Notes: generated by a model not told the origin, from the sequence alone. A DNA stretch of 64,000 bases from Eledone cirrhosa (GCA_964016885.1 OZ024741.1:215450001-215514000), one strand, 5' to 3'. Shown: positions 39,019-55,347, numbered from the stretch's first letter. Numbers and translations: made by a program.

Positions 39019-39813
39019 AAATATTTATTAAAATAACAGATTAAAGTTTAAGCAAAGAATCGCTGCTTTCACCCTTAACGGGATCTTCTGAAACTAACAA
39101 AGTCAATCTGTAAACGCAGAACTGGATATTTAATAATATATAATTATTTATTTATTTGTACACAAGCATACACTTATATAATTATTTATTTATTTGTACA
39201 CAAGCATACACACACACACATATTTATATGTGCGTGGTTTTGTATACCCATGGTAAGGTTTTGTGCATGCTTGTGTATGTACGTATCTGTTCGCGTGTAT
39301 GTATTTATTTGTTTCTATTACTTCTGTATTGTATTTATTTACTTTGTTCTTAACTCTGTAGCGGAGATTCATTTGGTCTCCTAGTTAGAATTTTAGTCTA
39401 CGATTTCTGCTATACCATTTACGTGGTTTTGTCTTTGCGTGCTATTGTTCTCCACGCTCCACATATGACTTATTATCTTCGTTTTTTCGTTCATTGCCAG
39501 AGAACGTCTCTATGCACCACCGAAGAGAACATTAGTCTACGACCTCTTTTATACCATAAACGTGGTTTTGTCTTTGCGCGTAATTGTTTTTCACCGCTCC
39601 TATTAATGACGTATTATTCGTTTTTTCCCGTTCTTTGCCAGCGAACGTTACCACGAACCAAAGTATCGTCTTCCTGTCTTCCTCCGGCTGCAACGTTTTT
39701 TGAAATATCCAGTTCTGCGTTTACAGATTGACTTTGTTAGTTTCAGAAGATCCCGTTAAGGGTGAAAGCAGCGATTCTTTGCTTAAACTTTAATCTGTTA
39801 TTTTAATAAATAT
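39019..39813. mobile_element. Non-coding element with ~110-bp terminal inverted repeats, each carrying an HHR-like motif
   Basis: ~39021-39131 is the reverse complement of ~39702-39812. A third partial copy lies at ~21737-21791. Confidence 0.85.
39739..39789 (+). ncRNA. Type I hammerhead with U4A core (mirror copy at 39045-39095 minus)
   Basis: agttt-CAGAAGA-t-CCC(gttaa)GGG-t-GAAA-GCA...TGC-TT-aaact, with a distal stem I extension cagatt/aatctg. Confidence 0.65.
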
Positions 39814-39875
39814 ATATTTATATATATATATATGTATGTATGCATGTATATATGTGTATACATATATATATATAT

Positions 39876-39916
<41 letters not shown>

Positions 39917-40056
39917 GTGAGAAAATGAGAAAGCGTGAGACGAAATAAATTGATAGATAAAGTGGTGGAAAGATGACTTGAACGTGGGCATAGAATCAGG
40001 TTAAATCTTTATATTAATTCACTATATATACATACATGCATACATATAAACACACA

Positions 40057-40129
<73 letters not shown>

Positions 40130-40170
40130 ATATATATGTGTGTGTAAATATTTATGTATGTGTGTGTGTA

Positions 40171-40626
<456 letters not shown>

Positions 40627-40685
40627 TCATATATATATATACATATATATATATATGTATATATATGTGTGTGTGTATATATATG

Positions 40686-40773
<88 letters not shown>

Positions 40774-40774
40774 A

Positions 40775-40950
40775 TTGTTTCTACTTTAGGCACAAGGCCA
40801 GCAATTACCCAGTGCATTACTGGTACTTAATTTTATCGACCCCGTAAGGATGAAAGGCAATGTCAACCTTGGCGGGATTTGACCTCAGATCGTAAAGGGA
40901 CGTAACTATGCTGGAAAGCATGGCGTCCGACCCTCTACCGATACTGCCAT
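40775..40950 (-). mobile_element. tRNA-derived SINE
   Basis: Family core and head. Confidence 0.9.
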
Positions 40951-41027
40951 ATATACAATATTTATATAATATATATATATATAATATATATAATAAGCGT
41001 ATACATATAATAAGCGTATACATATAA

Positions 41028-41113
<86 letters not shown>

Positions 41114-41549
41114 GTATATATACATACACACATATATATATATATACATATACATACACTTATATGTATACGCTTATTATATATATACGCTTATTCTTAT
41201 ATATAGTGTGTACGAGTTGTCTGATATATAGAAATCTTTGTAAAGATGCAACGACGACCTACTGACTTCACACTTTACAACTGAAAGAGCCGACTGAACG
41301 ACAGCAGTTCATGTATACATGTAATACATATTGTAAGGAAGACCACTCTAGCACGAATGATCCCCGACACCGCCACTACCGCCGGACAATTGTGTGTGTG
41401 GTTTTATTTTTTTACACGAAAGCTGATAACTGATTTCCTAGCTAACAATAATTTCCAACGTTTGTAATGGCTGTGCTAACAATTATTGAACTTTACCGAA
41501 GCCATCAACGCTAACTGGACTACTAATGTAGCATTATCATTGTTTTTTT

Positions 41550-41551
41550 TA

Positions 41552-41588
<37 letters not shown>

Positions 41589-41931
41589 CATTATTATTAT
41601 TATTGTTATTATTATTGTTGTTGTTGTTGTTATTATTGATGTTGTTGTTGTTGTTGTTGTTGTTGTTATTGTTATTGTTATTGTTATTATTATTATTGTT
41701 ATTGTTATTATTGTCGTTATTGTGTTGATATTATGATCATCACCATCATCGTCGTCGTCGTCGTCGTTGTCATCACCGTCGTCATCATAATCATCATCAT
41801 TATCGTCATCATCATAATCACCATCATCATCGTCGTCGTTGTCGTCATCATTACCATCATCATCGTCATCATCATCCTCTTCATCGTCATCGTCGTCGTC
41901 GTCGTCATCATCATCATCATCGTCATCATCG

Positions 41932-41965
<34 letters not shown>

Positions 41966-41971
41966 GATCGC

Positions 41972-42015
<44 letters not shown>

Positions 42016-42092
42016 CCATCATCATCATCATCGTCATCATCATCATCATTATCATCATCATCATCATCATCATTATCATAGTCATCATTATA
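41550..42092. repeat. (TTA/TTG)n followed by (ATC/GTC)n tract
   Basis: Directly visible; source of the poly-Leu/Met/Ile ORFs. Confidence 0.95.
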
Positions 42093-42264
42093 ACTGCCAT
42101 GTTGTTACTTCTCTCATGGTGTGTGTTATCAAGCTAGATTTAGACAGAAAGAGAGTGAAAAAGAATGTGAATGAGATCTTGTGCAAAAAAAATAAACTGT
42201 TACGATGTCGACGGATATTGATGTACATTTATATACACTATTTTTTTATATACTGTATTTTTGA

Positions 42265-43009
<745 letters not shown>

Positions 43010-45014
43010 GGGTTATATGTATGGACGAGTATCATAAATATAATTCTGCTGATATTGACGTTGTTGTAGACAGTTCAGTCACCATGAATATAATATGAAT
43101 GTTATGTTGAAAATTTCTGTTTCTCTTTACACTTCTTTCAAGTATTTTCATTGTGTTGTCAGTCTCTTCTATTCATCGTTAGACAGAGAGACCGTTTGAG
43201 CGTTCATTTGTTTTCTTACCTCAATAAAATAAAAAGGGAAATAGAAAGAAAGGAGTTGATCATCAGATCGAACCGTTGAAGCAATTTTTCCATTGGTTTG
43301 TCCCTTGTTTATATTATCTGACCATTGCAAATCCTGGAACGAGAAATAAACTGATCGTCAGATCGGACCAAGGATATAATGGTACCATAGGTCTTCCTAT
43401 TTCTGTCTGTACTCTGTATATCCTGGAAGGGGAAAGGAATAGATTATTAGATCGAACCAAGAAAACAATATTTTCATTGGTCTTTCCATTGTTAATATTA
43501 CATGCCGTTTGTCATTCCTATCAAAAGAAATAAAATGAAATAAAGCGAAGCCCATGATATAAACGCTAACCGGTAGACCACGTACCTTCACTAGGTAATC
43601 CCACAAGAGGCACAGATATTTTAGGACCTTCTCATCTTCATGGCTATATATATCTCTTCTGTTTCAGAGGGCCTATTAAACCCATGGTCTCTTCCTCTTA
43701 CTTCAGCTTTACCAATTTAGATAATTATATTCTCACATTGCCATAAGGCCACATATTTTGTAGTATAGTGCAGTGGTTGGTGGTAATCCCGTTATTCTAC
43801 ATATCATCTAGAGCCGCCTGTAACTATTCATTTAATACTATGTTAACGGCACCGCAATTTTTAACACTAGCCCATGTCTCGTCCGCTCATGTATGTGTTC
43901 TTCCTTGAGCAAGGAATAACTTATTTCATTTCTCTGTGTCTTCCTTCGTGTGGACCTATACCTGAACATTTTTGTGACATGTCATGCAAGAAAAAAATAT
44001 CATAACATTGTTGTTTGTAACAAGTTTATTCATTTTTCTTCTGCTTGTAGTGTTTGCTAGATCTATTTTCGCGGAGTTTATGGTGTTTGTTTTTCTATGT
44101 GTTACTAAGGGTCATATCATTTATATTAGTGCAACCCCAGCTGTGGCCAGTATTAATTCTCGCTCAGCCATAAAACGAAGTTATTTTGAATTTTCAGTGA
44201 ATAGTTTCTGTAGAATATATACAGATGAAAAAAGAAGATAATATAAGTAGATTAGTTACATATTATACCAGTGAAATCGATGACGATTCTCGATCGATCA
44301 CCCACACAGACCATTACGTATATAACGTCCAAAATTTACATTTTTCTAAATGTATTTTTTAGAGTGAAATTTCTTATTTAGTATTCCGGCATTTATTTAT
44401 ATATCTACACCTCACAGGTTGATTTTTTTTTTCAAGAATTGAGAGGAGAAACCGGGAGATTGTGGTTTATATAGGTTTAAAATAATGACATTTTTGACAG
44501 CCATGGCTATAATCTCAAAAGATATAAGCAGAAAAAAGCCCAGACACACAGCTGAAAACACGTTTTTCTGTCTATTATTATTGATTTCGTTAGATTTTAT
44601 CTTATTTCTATTATTTCTGTTATTTATATGCATCAAGTGTTGTTCCAAAGTAAATCTTTATACCGTTGACTCTCTTCTTCGATGTCTTTTCTTCTGGGAG
44701 TTTCTGATAGAATATAATGCTAGGCTATAGTAAAAAAATTCCTAACCGTTGGACGCCATATATATTTTATTAGTATTCAACTTTTATATTTGTTCTTTTT
44801 ATGTTCAGAGACTTACCTGGGTAACCTTTAGATTTATGACAAGGAAACATGGTTTTGTCAGTTGAGTTGTGATATGTAAACTACGATATTATAAACTGTA
44901 GTGCTTTCGAGAAGAAAAGCAAAACAAAATTTGGTTTCGATATTGAGATTTGCATATAAAGATTTTTGGCGCTGCCATGCTTCTATCCTCTATAATAAGT
45001 TAACCATTATATAT

Positions 45015-45885
45015 GGTGAAAGGGCTATGGATTCCTAGAATCGATAGAGCATTGGACGAATGTTTGTCAATATTTGTTTTGAATTCAAATCTGGCCAAAG
45101 TTAACTTTGCCTTTTATCTTTCCTGAGTCAATAAAATAATGTACCAGTCAAGTACTGGGGTCAATTTAATAGACTTTACCCTCCCAATAAATTGCTGGCC
45201 TTGTGTTTAATTTAGAAATCATTATATATAGTGAAAGCATGTGGTAGTTAGCGTGTTTGGATCACGATTTTGATGTAGTGTGTTCGATTCCAGGTGTCGG
45301 GTTGTCTCCTTAAGCCAGACACATTTATTGTGCTTCAGTCCAATCAGCTGACAATAAGGAGTTGTGGCTGTGTTTCAAGGAACCAGCCTTTTCCTCCACT
45401 GTATTAGGGTGAATCGCCTTAAGAAGTGCGTTAATTGTACACGTGTGTGTATAATGCCCACCCATGTACAGACTTATTTCAACAGCAGGCCGTTCCATTG
45501 ATCAAACAAATGAAACACTCGTCGACGGAACCGACAGATGTCTTACTCTCACACACACAGACACATATACACATACACACACACACACACATACACCATA
45601 CACACATACACACAGAGTACATACACACATACACACGTTACCCATTATATATGTTGAAGGCGTGTGGTCTAGTAGCTAGCGTATTAGAGTGTAGAGTACA
45701 GAACTTTTTGCTGCATTCGTACCTATTCCGTTTCCTTTGTAATTCCAGTCAGGTCAATTTGGTCTTCATCCTTTCAAGGGTTAAAAATAAATTACCAGTC
45801 ATGATCAGTGATTTGGCGGTATCGTTAGAACGTTCGACGAGATGCCTTGTGGTATTTGTTCCAGCTCTTTGAGTTCTGAGTTGTT
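45015..45885 (+). mobile_element. Cluster of diverged SINEs
   Basis: B-box-like gaattcaaatc and gttcgattcc plus degenerate core sequences. Confidence 0.6.
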
Positions 45886-47464
45886 TTGTGAGAAACTTAA
45901 TTTTCAGCCGATTTAATCCCACCAATCTTTTCTAGTGTTCTAGAGGAGTTCAGTCTGGTGTAAGCATTCGAGATGAGTCTACGGTTTGAGTATAACCTTT
46001 CTCTTCCTCGCTTCAGTTTGGGAAATTCTTCCTACCTAAAAGAGGTTATCAGCTTCATATTTTCCTCTCTGACTAATAGCTAAGATATATTGGGAGTTAT
46101 TTGCAACTAAATAAAATGAAACAGAAAATTATGCACCTTTTTACATGACAAAAATAATCGACAGTATCCTTGTGTAGGCTACCACAACCCAAATCGTAAA
46201 ATTACTATAACACAAACAAATAAAACAAAAAGAAATGTTATGGCTATTAATTTTACAATGTTCATAGTTAATCAGCTAAAAATAGATCTAGAAGATTTTA
46301 GAAGATTAAAGGAACGGTGCTTAGTAACAGTTTAATTCAAACTTCGTCTTTCTTCTTCTTGAAGTATATTTTTCCACCAAAGAAACGCCAAACGGTCATC
46401 AAGAATCTTAATTACAGTTTACTTCCATGTACAATTTCCTGTGATCTACCAATTTCCCAGGATCAACATTTTCGCTGTTGGCACCAATTTCCTAAAATCA
46501 ATATTTTCATACGGGTAACAATTTCCGTTGGTCAACATGTTTTTATAGCAACATATCCTCCATGCTGTAACTTAAATATCGTGTTTCCTGCTCCCACTTA
46601 CACCCACACCCACTACAATCAATCAAAAATCGTTTAACTCTTTCGTTACCAAATTACTAATGAAAGATTACCAATGTCTATCAAATAAGCTTTTGAAAAT
46701 AACGAATTTGGAAAGATTTATTAATAAACTTTTACTTTCTCTTTATTAAGCTAGAGTTTAAAATAACATAACACATCTTACATAACATTATGACAGAATT
46801 CATTTTTTTTTTTAGACAGATATAAATATTTTAAACCTTTCGTTACCGTGTTTCTAATGAAACACACTGCCTATGATTTTCAACAATTGATTCATTAAAT
46901 AATCGGGAATATAGTACGATTTAATGATATGAAGAACGTTCTCTTTATTAAACAGACATTTGGGGAATAACATAGCAAATGTTCTTACATAAAAATGATG
47001 GTGGAAAGTTTTTAGATAAATATAAACGTTTTTAAACAATCAGTTTATTGAGCGTACAACTAAGGTTGGTCTCAGGTGAGCTAGCGATTTCCGGTGGTCT
47101 AGCGGTTTCTGGGAAATTAAGGTTCTACATTACTGTTCCTTGCTAATGGGAAAACCGCAAGTACCTAATTCCAGTCATAACCAAGGCAACAGCTTGTACT
47201 GGGTATATTTTCTAAATGTGGTAACAGGCTTGGCGGCTGAGTGGTTGAGAAGTTATGTTCGCAATCATGAGGTTGTGGGTTCGATCCCACTATCTCGATT
47301 GTCATAAATTGGGCAAGACATTAAGTTTACGAGACAAGAACCAGGTATTGGTGGTAACCCGGACGACAGATTAAGTCTGCTATGCAAGGATGAGGTGGTG
47401 TGATTAAACCGGTCGATACAGTTGAGAAGAACATGCAAGATGAGTTTCAATAAATGCAGAGGAA

Positions 47465-47990
47465 TTCTTCTTCTTCTTCTTCTTCTTCTTCTTCTTCTTC
47501 TTCTTCTTCTTCTTCTTCTTCTTCTTCTTCTTCTTCTTCTTCTTCTTCTTCTTCTTCTTCTTCTTCTTCTTCTTCTTCTTCTTCTTCTTCTTCTTCTTCT
47601 TCTTCTTGGTGGGGGCAGAGTCCTCAGACATTCCTTCCAACAGGTCCTGTCAGAAGCAACTACCTCCAATTGATCCAACTTTGTTCCCAAGCGTGACCAG
47701 CCGAGCTTATGGATATTATCCAACCATATTGGCCGTTGCTGGTTTTGCACGTAAAATCTGTCCAGCGATGCCTTCTTGGAACATTCTGACCAGATGTCCA
47801 AAGTATCGGAGCTGTGATCCCTCAATTCAGCTAAGCACTGACTCTACCTGGAGCGACTCCCTGATCTCCGAGCTATAAAATAATGTTATTCCAACGAGAC
47901 TTCGGAGAAACCCCATTTCGAGACCACTTGTATTCGCAATCGTATTCTTTTGGTCATTACCCAAGAGTTATGATCATAAATAAGGGTTGG
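47465..47990 (-). pseudogene. 3' fragment of an RTE-clade LINE with a (GAA)n tail (47465-47607)
   Basis: Fragments SWVMTKRIRLRIQ, SEIRESLQVE, SQLRYFGHLVRM and WLDNI...ASDRTCW, with frameshifts and stops. Confidence 0.8.
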
Positions 47991-48232
47991 CAAGAATACC
48001 GAATTCAAAATAGCGAGTTCAGTTTTTTACACCTACCTCCCTTCTTTTGATGACTGAATGCTGGAACTGGCACATTACTGCACATTCTCCTGAAATTATT
48101 GCAGAAATGTCAATGTTATATTCATGCAGAGCATGAAGTATTGGTGCTATTTTTTAGTCGAGGGAGAAAGGGAATTTTTATCTTGGAATGTAAGAACGTT
48201 CCACGAACAAGAGTTTACATACTTTTTCATTG

Positions 48233-48452
48233 AGGGCGGTGGGTTGGTAGTATCGGTAGAGGGTCGGACGCCATGCTTAGCAACATAGAGTTACGGCCCT
48301 TTATGATATTATTTCAAATCCCGCCGAGATTAACTTTGCCTTTCATCCTTACGGGGTCGATAAAATAAATTACCAGTCACGCACTGGGGTCTATTTAATC
48401 GACTTTCCACTCCCCCAAAATTACTGGCCTTGTGCCTATACGAGAAACCATT
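48233..48452 (+). mobile_element. Near full-length tRNA-derived SINE; another diverged copy at ~48800-49010
   Basis: A-box-like tggtagtatcggtagag, B-box-like atttcaaatccc, and core gcctttcatccttacggggtcgataaaat, which resembles the Nin/Deu SINE domain from memory. Confidence 0.9.
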
Positions 48453-49652
48453 ATTTTTGATAGTTTGTACTCTGGCATTGGATAACTAGACATCTGCATC
48501 TAGCTGCCAAATTAGAGATATGGACATGCAAGAAATAGGACTCCTTTTATCGCTATCATCTCCCTGGTATAGGGAAAGCAGTGGTGTATCTAGATTTATA
48601 TAATTCTGTCTTTATCATCTTTGTAGAATACGAACAGCATAAATACCGAAGAATTTGTGTATGAAGGACCGTCACCCAATGGCCGCAAGAGGGTAGAGGT
48701 CTAGCTAGAAACTGCAAGTAATGTCCTTTATCTGAACCCGTATCCTTACCTCTCTTCTTTGTTCGCTTTTGGTGTAACAATTAATGTTATAGATGTTAAA
48801 AGGACGGTAGATTAGCAGTATCGGACAACAAGCTTATGGCATAGAAATACAACTCTTTACGATCACACTTCAAATCCTGTTCAGGTTATCTTTCCCTTTC
48901 ATCTTTACGAGGTCGATAAAACAATGTACCAGTAATGTACTGGCTCAATTTAATGGACTTTCCCCTCCTCCAAAATGGTTTGCCTTGTGCATAAATCAGA
49001 ACCCAATATTATAGACGTTAGATTACACGCTCAGATGATTTGTTTTCAGTAGTGAAAACATGTATCCCACCAGACTTAAATTTTCGAAAGTGCTGATAGC
49101 TAAAAGTTGGTCTAAAGAAATACATACATAACGGTTTTCTTAAATTACATTTTCATATATTACTATAGTTCCCTTCACCACGGTTTTGAGTCTAACAACA
49201 CCCTAGTAGGTTAAATATGAGCTTGGGTACCAAACCGAGGATTTTAATGTCGACGTAAATATATATATATATATATATATAGGTGTGTGTGTATATGTAT
49301 ATATGTATATATGTATATATATATGTATATATATATGTGTGTGTGTGAGTGTGTGTGTGTGTGCGTATGTGTGTGCATGTAGGATTTCCATGTGTATGGA
49401 GTGTGTGTTAAGAAGAAGAGAGAGGTAGTCACAGACTGAACGAGATGAGAGACTGTTGCACATAGTATTAACACTATTTATGTTACGATGCATCAATGCA
49501 TCACTTGAATTGCATTAGCTGCACTTGTGCTCTACTTGTCTTCAATCGAACGATCAATAATTCCTGAACACTCATTAGTAGGATCGATACGTAAACATAT
49601 AAAAAAGAATTCAGTTTGAAATATCGGAATGAATACTATTACTTATGTATAA

Positions 49653-49727
<75 letters not shown>

Positions 49728-49778
49728 TATATATATATAATTTATATATATATACATAATATATATACACACACACAC

Positions 49779-49820
<42 letters not shown>

Positions 49821-49960
49821 GCATATACGTACATGCATGCCAATATATAGATATATATACATATATATATGGATAAATTTATGTGTACGTAGGAATGTGT
49901 ATCTGTATGTGTAAGTATATGTATACATACATATATAAATCACATACATACATACATACA

Positions 49961-49994
<34 letters not shown>

Positions 49995-50118
49995 CATACA
50001 TACATATATACATACACGTACACCTAAATGCAGTAGTATGTGTTACAGTTCTTTTCCATTTAAGATGAAAAATATTTTATAAAAAAGAAGATACGCAAAA
50101 CAACAACAACAACAACAG

Positions 50119-50161
<43 letters not shown>

Positions 50162-50409
50162 AACAATGACAACAACAACAGCAGCCACAACAACAACAAT
50201 GACTACAACAACAGCAACAACAACTACGACAATAAGTACCAACCCTTATTCCATTTCTTGTCAAATTCGAAAACGATAAAAAAAAGTCTTACCAAAATAT
50301 TTATAATCTAGTAGACAAGAACTTGCTTTGAATTCAGAGTTGATGGCGGAGAAAGAAAAGTACTGTAAACTTCTCCGTATAGATATGGAAATTCGTAATA
50401 TTATTATAT

Positions 50410-50587
50410 TTGTTGTTGTTGTTGTAGTGGTGGTGGTTCTGGTTGTTGTTGTGGTGGTGGTGGTTGTTTTTTATTGTTGTTGTGGTGGTGGTTGTTTTTG
50501 TTGTTGCTGCTGTGGTTGTTGTTGTTGTGGCTGTTTTTGTTGTCGTTGTTGTGGTTATGGTTGTTGTTGTGGTGGTGGTGGTTGTTT

Positions 50588-50630
<43 letters not shown>

Positions 50631-50850
50631 GGTGGTTGTGCTTGTTGTTGTTGTGATGGTGGTTGTTTTTGTTGTGGTTGTGGTTGTGGTGGTTGTTGTG
50701 GTTGTTTTTGTTGTGGTTGTTGTTGTTGTGGTTGTTGTGGTTGTTTTTTTTGTTGATGTTGTTGTGGTGGTTGTTTTTTGTTGTTGTTATTGTGGTTGTG
50801 TTTTTGTTGTTGTTGTTGTTATTGTGGTTGTGTTTTTGTTGTTGTTGTTG
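50410..50850. repeat. (GTT/GGT)n tract
   Basis: Directly visible; gives the Cys/Val/Asn pseudo-ORFs. Confidence 0.95.
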
Positions 50851-51384
50851 AGTCTCTCGAGACGTGGTACACATCGGTGGAGTAAGTTCCTTGTTTGTTA
50901 ACGTGTTTTAAGATATTTTTGTTTGAATATTATATACATTTTTCGTAGTTAAACCAACCTTCTTCATAGGGATTTGGCTGCTTTCCCTATACCTGCAGCC
51001 CTTAAGGAATGCAGTTTTGTGTTTCCTTTCATAAACACGACACTCATTTTAACAGAATAGACATGGTGTACAAGGAGAGTCTGTCCGATGAAATATACAG
51101 CTGACTGTCCACATGATGAAACAGCCAAAGGTCATAAAACCACGACAGTAACAACAACAACAACAACAATAACAACCTCTCTGAACGGGGATAGAATGAG
51201 GCTAGCTTCTTTATTTAACAAAAGTTGGCACCACCGCCACATTCACATCAACAACAGAAGAAACTAACACAAAAAAAAACATCACAAGTATCAACACATA
51301 CACATGTACACCATCTCCGAACACAGAGAAACCAAACTCAAACTGTCACTGCCTCCGTCTCTCTTGCCCTCCCCATCTGTCTAT

Positions 51385-51740
51385 CATGAGCAAATAAGGA
51401 CCCACGCGCTGGCTGCCCCGAGGCCCGGCGGGAAGAATAGAGAAGGCTTTTGACCGGAGGATGGTGAGGGAAATGCGCTGGAAAAGACATTGCAGCTCGC
51501 AAGGCTCATTTCTGCGGCTAGCCAAATCTGCGCAGATGGTGGTGAGTAGGGAACTGGCCCAAGGGCTAAGGACACCAGACGTATCCACTGTTACGGGATC
51601 AACTGTAAACCTGGCGGAGAGCAACAGATATTTGGAGAATTTAGCCTCCTCAGTGCAGCAGAGCCTGGGTTAGTTGCTAACTCCACCAGGTTGCCGCTTG
51701 AGATTGTGGTGCTGCATATGACATAACTAGCAACAAGAAC
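51385..51740 (-). pseudogene. 3' fragment of a CRE-like non-LTR retrotransposon (restriction-like endonuclease end)
   Basis: ATNPGSAA...EAKFSKY...RFTVDPVTVDTSGVLSP...LFQRISLTILRSKAFSIL matches the typical CRE-clade C-terminus pattern. Confidence 0.7.
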
Positions 51741-52388
51741 AATAACTGTACCAACAAACCAACAAAAGACGTAAAGGTGGATGTGACATATAAACAAACA
51801 GCAAGACAGTTTACCAACAGTGAAGTCCTCTTCAACAGTAACACCTGCCTCTACAGAAGCAAATGTCCACATCATTGGCTGCCACCGAGTGGCATGTTTT
51901 ACGTCAGAGTTTGTTTCTCCTAAAATAGTATCTTAACAAAAACTAGGTATCTCATACTCCCGGATGTACTAACCACTCGCTCGGGCACCAGACCAAGTAT
52001 TTCCATCTTCCCGTGCATACATATATACACACATATATGTATACATATATGGATACATACATGTATACATTCATACATATACATACATGCATTCTTGTAT
52101 CCTTGCATCCATGCACATACATATATACATGCATACATACATGCATACATAATACATACATGAATACATACATACATAAATGAATACATACATACATAGA
52201 CGCATGCAAACATACATACATGGATGCTTGTGTACATGCATCCTTGCACACATACATATACACATACATACATGCTATTTTTAACGACATGAGTATGAGA
52301 CGCGCTAGGCGCTGCGACATGTGCGTTTATATCAGCATTTCGTTGAGTCCTCTTAGATCCATTGAAGTGAAAGGTTCGAATTTTCCTG

Positions 52389-52467
52389 GATACCCGCAGA
52401 TGAGCACTGTAATTCTGGCTTTCAATTAATTATTCTTGCGAAACAGATTTTGGTCTGTCCGTGTATC
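52389..52467 (+). ncRNA. Type I hammerhead with U4A core in a non-coding element (~52275-52720)
   Basis: gatacccg-CAGATGA-GCA...TGC-GAAA-CAGA(ttttgg)TCTG-TC-cgtgtatc. 7 of 8 bp in stem I, GUC site. Confidence 0.78.
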
Positions 52468-53288
52468 AAAGGCACTGCCCGTTATAGGTTTGTTATTTTT
52501 TTTTATTTATTATTTTAAATCGAGTTAGGCAAACCATATTGTTTTAAATTAGTATTTTATCAACCTAGCTAACTTGGGCATTTGCAATTGGAACACATGT
52601 ATAATTATGTCTGTGTTCATCTCTCTAATATATTCAATTGTATTACACGGCTCGGAAAGATTCCCTTCCTTGAGCTACTTAATTGTAAAAGACTATTTTG
52701 AGTTTATAACTCAACCTATGATACATACATACATACTTACATATATATATGTATATATATACATACATGCATATATATAGTCATACATGTATGCTTACAT
52801 ACGTACATACATATACATACATACATGCATACTTACATGCATACATACATGCATACATGAATACATACATACATACACGCTTGCAAACATACACACATGG
52901 ATGCTTGCATACATGCATCCATGCCCACATATATATATATACATACATGATTACATACATATATGTATATACATACATATATATATATAGTCATACAATC
53001 ATACATACATCCATTCATCCATACATACATACATAAATATATATACATACATACCTACACACATACATACATACTTACATACACACATACATACATACAT
53101 ACATACATACATACATACATACATACATACATACATACATACATACATACATACATACATACATACATACATACAGGTAAACGTCATTCTTGTTTCCAAA
53201 ATTATTTTCATATTTCTATTTCAGCCTAGAGTAACTAAACGGAAAGGAAACCACCAGTAACAAAATATATGAAGAAATAGATAACTAG

Positions 53289-53331
<43 letters not shown>

Positions 53332-53381
53332 CACACACACACACATACACGTACATACACACACACATACACACACACACG

Positions 53382-53443
<62 letters not shown>

Positions 53444-54335
53444 TATGTGTGAAATATATATAATATATACATATATACGAGTATATTATATATACATATA
53501 TACATATATATATATACTAAATATATATATATTCTAAATATAAAAATATACGTATATATATTTAGAATATATATGGATATATATACGTATATATATAATA
53601 TATATATATGTATGTATATACTATATATATATGTAAACATATATAAATATATTATATATACATATATATGAACAAATAAACAAATAAATTAAATGAATAA
53701 ATTTAAAAAAAAAAAATAGATAAACAAACAAATAAATAACTAAATAATTAAATAAATATACAAATAATGACGAAAGAAAGAAGAAACAAAGAAAGAACGA
53801 GAAAGAAAAAAGAAAAAAGAGAAAGATATGAATGTTATTTGTCGTCTTCCTACTGTAAATGAAATCAATTTAGGTATGAAGCTAAAAGCAAATAGGTTTT
53901 TCTGTGAAGCTATGTAAACTGTGGTAGAAGTCTAGCGAGAAGAACAAGATGGCGGAATTGTTGTGATCTTTGCTCTTAGATTCAATTGAAAAGTTTTATA
54001 CATGGTCGGAAATATGGAAAAGATCGGAACAAAGCAATATATACATTGGTATAAAGGTAAAAATTGACGAGAAAACCCAACAAAAGAGATATATTATATG
54101 TATATGTGTATATCTGTAGGTATATATATATATATATATATATAAATTTTTATATATGTGTGTGTATGTGTGTATGTGTCTGTGTGTATATATATATGTA
54201 TATATATATATGTGTGATATGTGTGTGTGTGTGTATGTGTGTGTGTAAGTGTTTGTGTGTGTATACGTTTATCTACATATCTCTCTATATATACATATAT
54301 AGAGAGCGAGTAAAACGTATACACACAAACTCATG

Positions 54336-54368
<33 letters not shown>

Positions 54369-54455
54369 GTGTGTGTGTGTGTACGTATATTTTTATATCT
54401 CTATATATATACATATAGATAGAGCGAGATAAACGTATACTCACACAAACACATG

Positions 54456-54599
<144 letters not shown>

Positions 54600-54932
54600 G
54601 TGTGTGTGTTTGTGTGTGTATATGTTTATCTCTCTCTCTCTATCTCTCTCTCTCTCTCTCTCTCTCGCTATATATATATATATAGAGAGAGATATAGATA
54701 GATATATTTCTTTATTAGCCACAGGGGCACAAAAGAAGGGGACAAATACAAAGGGGGAAGGTTACATACAAGATAGTTAGATAGATAGATAGATAGATGG
54801 ATAGACAGATAGATGTAACTTTACATATAACTTTACAATTACATAAATGTGTGCACAGACATACATACATACACACACACACACATACACCCACACCCAC
54901 AAACATACGTATATATATACAGATATATATAT

Positions 54933-55253
54933 ATTTCGTTTCTGAATTTGTTTAGCAAGATTCTTTATCTGAAATCGTGTGTTGAAACCGATATTGTTAT
55001 ACTTTGGGAGGGTCATGTTGCCAATAGGCACAGAAACGAAGAAAGAAATCCCCAGTCACTGAAGAGGTCACAGAGTGTGTGACGAAAGAACTATGACTAT
55101 ATATATATAAACAACTATCTGGTTGTGGAACCAACCAACCAACCAGAAATTTATAAATTTGTAAATTTATAAATATATATTAAATTAAATTGAAGTGAAA
55201 GCAACTGGTGCGTGTGTTTCTTATTGGCAACATGACCCTCCCAAAGTATAACG
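54933..55253 (+). mobile_element. Mini copy of the 16-18 kb PLE: 3' repeat with HHR plus inverted tail, no ORF
   Basis: 55026-55251 is nearly identical to the reverse complement of ~16309-16535. 54936-55026 is the inverted tail matching ~18533-18622. TA flanks. Confidence 0.9.
55054..55098 (+). ncRNA. Type I hammerhead, identical to 16463-16507
   Basis: agtca-CTGAAGA-g-GTCACA(gagtg)TGTGAC-GAAA-GAAC-TA-tgact. Confidence 0.88.

Positions 55254-55347
<94 letters not shown>

Noticed and set aside
50328-50756. Cys/Gly-rich ORF resembling metallothionein or keratin-associated proteins
   Set aside because: It is one reading of a (GTT/GGT)n tract; the other frames are equally open.
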